DNA from: a bacterium
GTDB taxonomy: Bacteria; Patescibacteriota; UBA1384; VFKW01
NCBI GenBank assembly: GCA_030647355.1
Contig: JAUSIS010000009.1
Coordinates: forward strand, 512-64,511
Length of the DNA: 64,000 nt
Reading direction: 5' to 3'
The notes beneath the pieces are model-generated. The model did no database searches and was not told the DNA's origin. It saw only the letters and a list, made by a program, of their open reading frames with translations. The position numbers and the translations under genes are program-made. Positions 1 through 8,445 of the stretch are shown here, piece after piece (the first letter of the stretch is position 1; every line of letters starts with the position of its first letter).

Positions 1-196
1 GGAAATTTAAGGTGAAATTTGATATAATAAGTATGTTGGAATACAAAAATAGCCCTGAATACTTTCAACAAGGCTTGTTTTTTTCGTCAAAGACGAGCAT
101 TAGGCGATTAAGCCAACCGAGAAGGTGTTCGAAAGAAAGTGTCTCAAGGGCGCCTATAGTATTGTGAAAAGGCAGTCTTTTAAATATAATAAGATC

Positions 197-907
197 ATGA
201 AACACACTCCGTTTCCCTATATATTAATCGCACTCGGAATTATGATAGGCCTATTTTTGACGGCTCAATGGAAAGTTCCACCAGTGAGGAATGTAAATCC
301 AATAGCGCCTTATTTGGCGCTGCGCGATACGCGTAATGACCTTGCAGACGAGCAAGCCAATCTCAAGCAAGAAATTAGTAATCTACAAAAAAATATTGAT
401 CAGGAAAACTCGGTAAAAAATAAAGACAGCGAATCGATTAATCTCATCAATCAATCACAGCGATTAAAAGATAAGGCCGGTTTAACGAAAAAATCCGGGT
501 CAGGATTAGTTATGACGCTAAACGATGCGTCAAGCGGCCCAGGTACTATTGACAATATAACTCATGCAGCCGACCTGCGAGATATTGTAAATGTGCTCTG
601 GCAAAATGGCGCTGAGGCGATTTCGATTAATGGCGAGCGAGTAGTGATGAATACTTCGATAGATTGTATTGTTAATACTATTTTAATAAATAATACTAAA
701 ACCACGCCGCCTTTTACAATTTTAGCCGCCGGAGATTCCTATAAATTAGAGAAGGGATTGAGAGACAGCGCTAGTTTGAACGATTTGTGGAAGCGAGTGA
801 AGAATGCCGGACTTGTTTTTGAAATTAAATCTTCCTGGAAAGTAGATATTCAGCCATTTAATGGGTCCTTTGTACTACACTTTGCACAGAAAGCGAGTAG
901 TAAATGA
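197..907 (+). CDS. DUF881 (YlxW/YlxX-like) membrane-anchored coiled-coil protein
   Basis: N-terminal TM helix, coiled coil, and GxGLVMTLND...DLRDIVNVLWQNGAEAISINGERV motifs typical of DUF881. ATG at 197 preferred over the upstream GTG at 125. Confidence 0.85.
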   Translation: MKHTPFPYILIALGIMIGLFLTAQWKVPPVRNVNPIAPYLALRDTRNDLADEQANLKQEISNLQKNIDQENSVKNKDSESINLINQSQRLKDKAGLTKKSGSGLVMTLNDASSGPGTIDNITHAADLRDIVNVLWQNGAEAISINGERVVMNTSIDCIVNTILINNTKTTPPFTILAAGDSYKLEKGLRDSASLNDLWKRVKNAGLVFEIKSSWKVDIQPFNGSFVLHFAQKASSK

Positions 908-1503
908 AAATCAGAAGAAATATATTATTAGTAGTAGCGGCGTGTCTATTACTTGGGTTTATCTTGTCCAGGCAATTTTTCTTGCAAAAAAAATTAAAAA
1001 CAGAAACCCAGCCAGAGCAAGAGAGGGAGCTGGCAATTGAAGTAAGTCGCTTAATTAAGGGAAATCAGGAATTGACTTTGGAAAGAAATAAATTGACCGA
1101 TCAATATTCTCTTATTCGTAAAAGTTCGGACGATAAGGAGGCGGCGCTAGAATCAATGCAGAGCTCGATTGAGCAATATAATATAATTTTAGGGAAAGTC
1201 GCAGTTACCGGTTCTGGTGTGGTGATACAGTTTGACGAAATGCTTGATACAACTCAAATAACTGACTTAATGAATGCGCTTAGAAATATTGGAGCCGAAG
1301 CGATTGCGATAAACGGAAAACGGATTACTCCTACGACAGGATGGGATTATAAAACTTTTTCGTCTCCTTATAAAATCCAAGCGATTGGCGACAGTAAGCT
1401 ATTAAAAGATTCTCTAGAGAGGCGAGGCGGTATTATGGAGAATGTGGGATTTTCGGGTACGGTAAGCGAGGAGAAGAAAATATCCCTACCGGCGGCTAAA
1501 TAA
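904..1503 (+). CDS. DUF881 family protein (tandem paralog)
   Basis: VTGSGVVI...DLMNALRNIGAEAIAINGKRI...PYKIQAIGD motifs; overlaps the stop of the previous gene. Confidence 0.85.
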   Translation: MKIRRNILLVVAACLLLGFILSRQFFLQKKLKTETQPEQERELAIEVSRLIKGNQELTLERNKLTDQYSLIRKSSDDKEAALESMQSSIEQYNIILGKVAVTGSGVVIQFDEMLDTTQITDLMNALRNIGAEAIAINGKRITPTTGWDYKTFSSPYKIQAIGDSKLLKDSLERRGGIMENVGFSGTVSEEKKISLPAAK

Positions 1504-1556
1504 CAAGTTATATTGATTAAGTAAACGAAAAGTTGGATAATAAACATGGAGATAAT

Positions 1557-2564
1557 ATGGAACAAGAAAAGAAACTTGTGTTAGATATACCGGTGGCGAC
1601 TATTCTTAAGGTTTTTGCGGTTATTATTGGGTTAGTACTACTCTATCTGGTAAAAGACGTAATTATATTATTTATATTGGTGTTAATATTTTTCTCTGTT
1701 TTGAATCCAATTATCAATAGGTGGGAAGAAGAAATGTCGCGTAGAGCGGCTATTGCCGCCTTATTTATTATTATTATATTATTCGTTGTTGCAGTCGGAT
1801 TGTTGATCATTCCACCTTTAGTAGGGCAAGTGCAATCATTTATCAACCATCTTCCAACTTATATCAAAAAGATAGCACCACTTTTAAGCGAACCGATTCT
1901 TAAGGGTTCGGAAGGAGCATTGTCGTCTTTGTCGGGACAGATAGGGCGATTTGGCGTCACAATATTTAATACGACGATTGGCTTTTTTGGCGGGTTGGTA
2001 GCGATATTCACAGTTATTGTTTCAACCTTCTATCTACTGTCAGATAAGGCGAAAGCAAGTAAATTTGTGATGGGTCTTCCAATTAGACACAAAGAGGCTT
2101 ATTATCGCTTATTTGATCAAATTAGCGATAAGATGGGCTTATGGGTAAGAGGGCAGTTAACATTAATGCTTGTAGTGGGTACTTTGGATTTAATCGGACT
2201 ATTAATATTAGGTGTTCCCTATGCATTAACCCTAGGTGTCTGGTCGGGATTGACGGAATTAATTCCTTATGTGGGTCCGATATTAGGTGCTATTCCGGCA
2301 GTTCTGATTGCGCTATCACTAAGTCCACTGAAGGCGCTGGGTGTGGTCATTGTTTATATTATAGTTCAGCAGATTGAAGCTCAGGTATTAGTCCCCCGAA
2401 TAATGGGTAAAGCAGTTGGATTAAGCCCAGTAGTGATAATTTTTGCTATATTAATCGGAGCGAAGCTGATGGGTCTACTAGGTATCTTACTGGCCGTTCC
2501 TATTGCAGCAGCAATTAGCGTATTAGTTCGCGAGTATCCAAATTTATTCCCCGATAAGGGTTAG
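1557..2564 (+). CDS. AI-2E family (PerM-like) transporter
   Basis: Multi-TM protein with ELIPYVGP, QQIEAQVLVPRIMGKAVGLSP and GILLAVP signatures; GGAG RBS precedes ATG 1557. Confidence 0.9.
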   Translation: MEQEKKLVLDIPVATILKVFAVIIGLVLLYLVKDVIILFILVLIFFSVLNPIINRWEEEMSRRAAIAALFIIIILFVVAVGLLIIPPLVGQVQSFINHLPTYIKKIAPLLSEPILKGSEGALSSLSGQIGRFGVTIFNTTIGFFGGLVAIFTVIVSTFYLLSDKAKASKFVMGLPIRHKEAYYRLFDQISDKMGLWVRGQLTLMLVVGTLDLIGLLILGVPYALTLGVWSGLTELIPYVGPILGAIPAVLIALSLSPLKALGVVIVYIIVQQIEAQVLVPRIMGKAVGLSPVVIIFAILIGAKLMGLLGILLAVPIAAAISVLVREYPNLFPDKG

Positions 2565-2601
2565 TTCTCCAAGTTTAGAAAGTTAGTATATAGTAGTTTG
2601 T

Positions 2602-3459
2602 TTACCGATCGAGTAGTTTTTCTGTATCAATTAAACCATTATTTTGACTCACTAGAGTGCCTTTTTGCAAAACAGGTATTTGTTTTTCATAAGTTGGACC
2701 CGAGGCTTCATGAATAACGCCAATAGGAATATGGTCTCCCCACAGCCTTACTTTTTCGAAGGCTTGGGTAAGATCGGACTTATCATAAGTAGCATCATCA
2801 ACTAACTTATAAACCCTGCTTTTGTAATATTCTAGAGTATTAATCTTGTTAAAAGAAACACAGGGCGACAGGACATCAACAATCGAGAATCCATCATGAG
2901 AAATTGCTTGGGCAAATATTTCGCTTAAACCTGTATTATCTCCTGCCCAGCCTCTGGCTATAAAAGTGGCGCCAGAAGCGAGAGCAACTAAGAGCGGATT
3001 TATAGGATTTTCGATAGTTCCTTCTGGGGTGGGACCACTGATGAACTTTTTTTCGCTAGTAGGAGACGCCTGACCTTTTGTTAGGGCGTAGACTTGGTTA
3101 TCATTTACTATGACAGTGATGTTAATATTTCGTCGGGCGGCATGCAAGATATGATTGCCCCCTTCGGCAAATAAACCCCCGTCACCACCAATAGCAATAA
3201 CATGAAGTTTGTGGTTTGCTAGTTTTATACCTTGAGCCAAGGGAATAACACGACCATGCAGACCGGTAAATGTATTCACTTCGACATAGTCTGTAAGTTT
3301 ACTAGAGCAACCAATATCGCCAGCTAAGACAATATCGTGCGGTTTATAGTTCAATGTTTTCAATGCGTTCTTCAGGGCGGCAATGATGCTAAAATTCCCA
3401 CAACCCGGACACCAGGTGATTTGATTTTTATTATCAAAATTGTTTTCTGGTTCAGTCAT
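2602..3459 (-). CDS. 2-oxoacid:ferredoxin oxidoreductase beta subunit
   Basis: WCPGCGN, DIGCS, HGR, GGDG TPP-binding motif, YALTKGQASPT, SPCVSFN. Confidence 0.95.
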   Translation of the reverse strand: MTEPENNFDNKNQITWCPGCGNFSIIAALKNALKTLNYKPHDIVLAGDIGCSSKLTDYVEVNTFTGLHGRVIPLAQGIKLANHKLHVIAIGGDGGLFAEGGNHILHAARRNINITVIVNDNQVYALTKGQASPTSEKKFISGPTPEGTIENPINPLLVALASGATFIARGWAGDNTGLSEIFAQAISHDGFSIVDVLSPCVSFNKINTLEYYKSRVYKLVDDATYDKSDLTQAFEKVRLWGDHIPIGVIHEASGPTYEKQIPVLQKGTLVSQNNGLIDTEKLLDR

Positions 3460-5209
3460 TTTTTTCCTTTATATCGGCTTGGGCTTTAAGCGGTGTATTT
3501 AGAATACTCTTTACTTTTTTAACAATTTCCTCTGGTAGAAAGGGCCGACCATCAAATTTTAAGAGTTTGTTAGTGATGCGTCTCCCAGTCAGAGATCTGA
3601 TATATCTGGTCATCTGACCAGAATAGTTGTTTTCGACTATCAAAGCGGCTTTAGTATGATCGAAGATCTTAGCTACTTCATATGCCGGAAAAGGCATAAC
3701 ATATAATAGGTGGAGATAGTTCGCTTTAATCCCCTCTTTGTCTAGTAATTTGAGCGCATCCAAAATAATGCTCTTATTAGATCCCCAGCCGAAGATGGTG
3801 ATTTCGGCATCTTTTTCTCCATATAAAATAGGTTCCGGCAGTTCTTTGGCTAAGTTATTAATTTTCTTCATTCTTTTTTCCATCATAGAAATGCGGATTG
3901 TCGGATCATCACTGTCACGGCCTAAAGCGTCATGCTCATAACTATCAGCATGCGTTACCGCACCTGGCGATCCGGGTAATAACCTTGAAGATACGCCATC
4001 TTCTTCTAATTCATAGCGGGAATAAGTCTCATTCCCAGAAGTTGTGATTTTTCCCCGGTCGATTTTCCATTCCGACATATCGGGTTTATTAATAGTATAT
4101 AAACTACTGGCCAGATATTTATCGGTCAGGATGATAACCGGCAGCTGGTATTTATCAGCTAAATTAAAAGCATTAAAAGTCGCCTCAATACATTCGGTCG
4201 GGTCTCCTGGCGCTAATACTATCCGAGGGAATTCTCCGTGACCGGCATAAAGGACAAAATCCAAGTCAGATTGTTCTGTCTTAGTTGGCATAGCAGAGCT
4301 CGGCCCGCTTCTCATGCCTTCAACTACCACTAAAGGAATCTCCGCCATACCAGCTAATCCCAATCCTTCAGTCATTAAGCAGAACCCTCCTCCCGAGGTG
4401 GCTGTCAGACTTCGAGCACCACTATAACTTGCACCAATAGTCATGATGATAGCAGATATTTCGTCTTCGGGTTCTTTGACAACCAGATTAAAGTTGTTTT
4501 GTTCGGCGGCTAGGTAATCGAGGATACTAGTGACAGGAGTCATTGGATAAATAGCGGCAAATTTTAAGCCGGAGCGAATTGCCCCGATACAAATCGCATC
4601 GTTTCCATTCAAGAGAATTCTTTGAGAATCTATTTGTTTGTGTTTAATTGATAAGTCAAAAGAGCTGCCGGCTCCCTGGGTAAAACGATACCCTTTGAGA
4701 GCGGCGCGAACATTCATATCAATTACTTCTTGTCCTTTTTTTTCGAAGGTTGACTTAAGAGTTTCCTCAAGAATTGAAAAATTACCTTTGAGTAATCCGA
4801 TTGCAGCGCCGATAGCGACAGTATTTCTAATAATTTCGCCGCCCGATTCTTTGGCTATAGTAGTAAGCGGAACTCCTTGAATTGTTATTCCATCCACTTT
4901 TTCAAGTTCAATGATATCAGAATCATAAATAATAGCAGAGCCTTCTTTTAGCTCGCGTTCGTGAAGTTTAACCGTTTGCTCATTTAAGGCAACCAGAATA
5001 TCAATTTTTTGGGTGAGGGAGTTAGTTTCATTTTCAGTAATATGGACCATCGCAAAATTATGCCCTCCTCTTATCAGTGAGGGATACTCGCTGGCCATAA
5101 AGGAAAAAAGACCACTGGCAAGAGCATATTTTGCTAGTAGGTGTCCGGATTCCATAATCCCGGCGCCGGCAACACCTCCAATAGCAACTACTATGTTCTG
5201 ACTTTCCAC
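3452..5209 (-). CDS. 2-oxoacid:ferredoxin oxidoreductase alpha subunit (gamma domain fused)
   Basis: GGVAGAGI, IRGGHN, YPMTP, EDEISA, TATSGGGF, RSGPSSAMPT motifs; overlaps the beta-subunit gene. Confidence 0.95.
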   Translation of the reverse strand: MESQNIVVAIGGVAGAGIMESGHLLAKYALASGLFSFMASEYPSLIRGGHNFAMVHITENETNSLTQKIDILVALNEQTVKLHERELKEGSAIIYDSDIIELEKVDGITIQGVPLTTIAKESGGEIIRNTVAIGAAIGLLKGNFSILEETLKSTFEKKGQEVIDMNVRAALKGYRFTQGAGSSFDLSIKHKQIDSQRILLNGNDAICIGAIRSGLKFAAIYPMTPVTSILDYLAAEQNNFNLVVKEPEDEISAIIMTIGASYSGARSLTATSGGGFCLMTEGLGLAGMAEIPLVVVEGMRSGPSSAMPTKTEQSDLDFVLYAGHGEFPRIVLAPGDPTECIEATFNAFNLADKYQLPVIILTDKYLASSLYTINKPDMSEWKIDRGKITTSGNETYSRYELEEDGVSSRLLPGSPGAVTHADSYEHDALGRDSDDPTIRISMMEKRMKKINNLAKELPEPILYGEKDAEITIFGWGSNKSIILDALKLLDKEGIKANYLHLLYVMPFPAYEVAKIFDHTKAALIVENNYSGQMTRYIRSLTGRRITNKLLKFDGRPFLPEEIVKKVKSILNTPLKAQADIKEKND

Positions 5210-5248
5210 TAAGTCCCCTCCTTTTTTGATTTTAATCAGTTATCTTCT

Positions 5249-5638
5249 TTACTTTGGGGTCATTGCAAAATAGTAATATAGCAGGGCAGCAATAATTATA
5301 AAATTGACCACAATAATTATTATTTTAGTTTTGTGCTTTCGTTTTTCTTTTTTTACCGCTAGAGTGGCAGGATCATCTTCTTGTTTTGGCTGGGCTGGGG
5401 TTGCAACTGCCGGTTTTGATTCGGCTGGAGGACTAACGGGCGGTGGAGATTCAGTTTCTTTCGTTTCCGGTTGGCTTTTTGTTTCGACAGGATTTTCTTT
5501 GGGGGGTTCGGTTTGGGAATTAGGCGTGGGGGTTACTTCCTCGGTTGGACTACTGATAGCCCCTGGCGCAGCAGGCGTCTCGATAGATGGAATAATGAGT
5601 GATTCGGTTTTTGGTTCTTGTGTTTGATCTGGATCCAT
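5249..5638 (-). CDS. Pro/Glu/Thr-rich disordered protein with C-terminal TM anchor
   Basis: Low-complexity N-terminus, basic patch, then a hydrophobic helix; GGAG RBS upstream. Confidence 0.7.
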   Translation of the reverse strand: MDPDQTQEPKTESLIIPSIETPAAPGAISSPTEEVTPTPNSQTEPPKENPVETKSQPETKETESPPPVSPPAESKPAVATPAQPKQEDDPATLAVKKEKRKHKTKIIIIVVNFIIIAALLYYYFAMTPK

Positions 5639-5669
5639 ATATTGCTCCTATAGTTTATTTATTTTCTAC

Positions 5670-6272
5670 CTATTTAAGATTTATGTCTGGGAAGGTTGTG
5701 TTAACAGGAGTTGTGCGAGCAGCTATAACTACCATAGCGGCAATTATACCAATCGTTAGAAGAATATTTAATATGAAGATGATAAGTCCCCATTTTGCCC
5801 AGGCTTTTTGAACTGCTTTGAATTGTTCAACGCTTTCGAATTTACGGTTTTGCCAGGCCCATTCATTTCCCTTAAGACCTAAAATAACCATCATGATGGG
5901 GCCGAGGACGAAAGCTAGGAGCCCAATCCAGGTTTGATTGCCGATTGCCCATATCCAATTGAGAAAGAACGCTCCCCAGTTCCAACCTTTTATTTCTGCC
6001 GGAATATCTGTCGAGGTAGCTGGCGCTGTTCCAGTCGGAGCGGTACTCGCAGGAACCGCCTGCTCTGTGTTTGTTGTGTTCGGCTCTGGAGTAGTACCGG
6101 TTGGCGCAGGTTCGGTAGGTTTTGCAATATCCGAAACTATCGCTCCAGATGTTGCTTGCGGTTGTATGGGGGATGTTGATTCAGCTTTCACTTCTTTCGG
6201 AAAAGAAGTCGGCTCACTGGTGGGTGCCTCTATGGGTTTCTCCTCTTCGGCAGAAGTTGTTTGTGGATCCAT
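5670..6272 (-). CDS. Membrane protein with disordered N-terminus and a GWNWGAF...KGNEWAW domain
   Basis: Conserved WNWGAFFLNWIWAIGN...GNEWAWQN...QKAW motif; GGAGG RBS. Confidence 0.8.
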   Translation of the reverse strand: MDPQTTSAEEEKPIEAPTSEPTSFPKEVKAESTSPIQPQATSGAIVSDIAKPTEPAPTGTTPEPNTTNTEQAVPASTAPTGTAPATSTDIPAEIKGWNWGAFFLNWIWAIGNQTWIGLLAFVLGPIMMVILGLKGNEWAWQNRKFESVEQFKAVQKAWAKWGLIIFILNILLTIGIIAAMVVIAARTTPVNTTFPDINLK

Positions 6273-6310
6273 TAGGACCTCCTTATTTAATTTAATTACT
6301 TACTAATAAA

Positions 6311-7240
6311 TTATACCCTTGATTTTTTTTCCAAATAGTCAATCGCTCGATATGCGATTGTCCAGTAAGAGGAGAAATAAGATGTATATATCCCACCCAG
6401 TACGAACAAAATAGCAAGAAAAATAAGTACAGCAATAATTGAATAACCAATCAGAACTCCAATACCGGCCTGTGATGCCAAATATCCTAAGCCGACAAAA
6501 ATTGCTGTCAATACAGCACTCGCTATTCCAACGACTATGGCGAAACCAATATAAAGGGCAATATTGATGAGCCACGCTAGCAGAGTGTGCTTTAGTTGAT
6601 GGCGCACAAGTTTTTTCCCTCTCTGTAAGGCAACTAAAATACTGACATCGTTAAGCACTAGTGTCCTGGCACCAAGCATAGCACTCAGAGACAAATAAAT
6701 TGATAATACTATAAGCGCCAATAAACCCAAGAAGGCAAAGATACCGGTTATTACATAGGTTGCTGTACCGGCTTGGAATATCAGTGCTAAAGCTATAGGC
6801 AAAAATACCACTAGAAGAAGACCGAATATTATAAGACCGATCAGCAAGTTAAGGCCAAAAAGCCGCCAGGCATATTGAGTCCCCTTATGGAACGCCGAGC
6901 CAAAAGTTTCTTCTTGTTGATTTTCCTCTAATTGGTTCACCGATAGAATTAGTCCGGCGTGAGCTGAATTTGACAGATATGCAATTAAAATTGCAAGGAG
7001 CAAAATTATTCCTGTTACTATTACTATAAGCGGCCATACATCAGATAGCTGGGATCCAAACATAAGGATAAATCCTCGCGCCATTTTCTCTCGAGGAATA
7101 GAAGAGCCTAAAACTTGCCGTAGGAAATCTGTCAAGCTGCCAAGCGAGGCAAAAGCAACGGCAAGGATGCCTAGCCACCAGAGGTAGCGACGTTTTTTTA
7201 TAATGTCCCAAGCCCGAGTGATGATTTTTGCATAATCCAT
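6311..7240 (-). CDS. Multi-pass membrane protein of unknown function
   Basis: About 7 TM helices; MDY..II.RAW...LWWLG start after a GGAGG RBS; S..WT..Y C-terminal motif. Confidence 0.75.
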   Translation of the reverse strand: MDYAKIITRAWDIIKKRRYLWWLGILAVAFASLGSLTDFLRQVLGSSIPREKMARGFILMFGSQLSDVWPLIVIVTGIILLLAILIAYLSNSAHAGLILSVNQLEENQQEETFGSAFHKGTQYAWRLFGLNLLIGLIIFGLLLVVFLPIALALIFQAGTATYVITGIFAFLGLLALIVLSIYLSLSAMLGARTLVLNDVSILVALQRGKKLVRHQLKHTLLAWLINIALYIGFAIVVGIASAVLTAIFVGLGYLASQAGIGVLIGYSIIAVLIFLAILFVLGGIYTSYFSSYWTIAYRAIDYLEKKSRV

Positions 7241-7327
7241 ATAAAAAACCCTCCCTCTCTTAACTATAGGGGTATTGAAGAGTGTTGTCAATGATAATAA
7301 CTACTTCACTGCCACTCATAATTTGTC

Positions 7328-7366
7328 AATAAAAATACCCCGCTCTTTCTGGGAAAGGCGGGGTTT
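7328..7366 (-). terminator. Intrinsic terminator of the plsY-gpsA unit
   Basis: ACCCCGC...GCGGGGT stem followed on the minus strand by ATTTTTATT. Confidence 0.7.
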
Positions 7367-7374
7367 GTGTGGAA

Positions 7375-8445
7375 TCACCGGGTCTGTCGTTGCTTGATTC
7401 CCTCGATGCACTTATCGAGGGGCATCTTGCGACCGATCAGCTGGCTAAGGTAGTAGAGGTAGGGATAGCCTGATATTGCAGGATCATCCGAGTTTTCGGT
7501 TTCCAGGAAGATACCGCCCCGAGCAAGTAGTTTCTGAACTATCCTGATATTGCGATAGCTTTCCACTACTCCCTTTTCCTGGGCTCGGCGCAAGGCCATA
7601 TCAACCGGCATTCCCTCGGCTAGGTATTGGCCGAATGCCGTGTTCCGGCTGATATTGCCCGGTTGCTGGCAAAGTAAGAGGTCTGCCATGAGCGTCATCT
7701 TCTCGTCAGAGCCATCTTGGCGAGTTTGCCGCTTTGTCCCCAGGACTTTCAGCAGACGCCAGTACTCATCGTATATACCCGCCATCGCTGTGGCATAACT
7801 ACCGAGCTCACCTGATAGGCAATGCTGGACGATGGACGTTTCGCAGGAGGTAATGGTCCGGAGGAAACCTCCATAGCACATTCCGGTCGGATCCAAGCTC
7901 AACCGCCCCCAGATCTTTGTTCCTGTGAATAGATCCCGGAAGCGCTTGGCAGAATCCCAGCTTCTCTTGCCAGATGCGATTATCATACGTGTCCATTCAC
8001 CGGCTGCCATATTCTCACCGAAGCCGGCGCCGGTATACTGGATAATATGCGCCAGCGGAAAGTGATGGCGAACAACCTGGAACGGCGTCTCGAGATTGTC
8101 GTTCAATCCCTTCTGCATAGTCACCAGGGTAGCCGTCTTCTCGTTGAGATTATCGATGAGTTGTAAGGTCGGTTCAAGCCCCGCCATTGAAGGGGCTAGC
8201 AGTATATAGTCGTAACCGTTTGCATTGATACGGTCACTGGTGACTATAGCCAGTCCATCCGGTGTATCATAGTCTTGCATCCAAGGGTATCGACTGCAGT
8301 AGTCGAATGTCTGCCAGCTGTCCATCATCCTACGATCAATATCCCAAATGGACGTAGGGACACCGGCTTGCTTGGTCAAGACCATTGCTGTGCCGAAACC
8401 GAAGGTACCGGCACCGAGGATGAGGATTCTGGGCTGCTCAGTCAT
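7375..8445 (-). CDS. gpsA: Divergent NAD(P)H-dependent glycerol-3-phosphate dehydrogenase
   Basis: GAGTFG Rossmann motif, QKG, DPTGMCYGGFLRT (canonical D..G.E.GGALKN), ADLLLC...SRNTAFG, VVESY; ATGA overlap with the upstream plsY fusion. Confidence 0.75.
   Translation of the reverse strand: MTEQPRILILGAGTFGFGTAMVLTKQAGVPTSIWDIDRRMMDSWQTFDYCSRYPWMQDYDTPDGLAIVTSDRINANGYDYILLAPSMAGLEPTLQLIDNLNEKTATLVTMQKGLNDNLETPFQVVRHHFPLAHIIQYTGAGFGENMAAGEWTRMIIASGKRSWDSAKRFRDLFTGTKIWGRLSLDPTGMCYGGFLRTITSCETSIVQHCLSGELGSYATAMAGIYDEYWRLLKVLGTKRQTRQDGSDEKMTLMADLLLCQQPGNISRNTAFGQYLAEGMPVDMALRRAQEKGVVESYRNIRIVQKLLARGGIFLETENSDDPAISGYPYLYYLSQLIGRKMPLDKCIEGIKQRQTR

Noticed and set aside
101-156. SRP RNA domain IV
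   Set aside because: It has a GAAA tetraloop but not the CAGG/AGCA symmetric loop; kept only as an unassigned hairpin.
2602-5209. 2-oxoacid:ferredoxin oxidoreductase (with enolase and acetate-CoA ligase elsewhere) as a novel system
   Set aside because: Ordinary fermentative acetate/ATP pathway.
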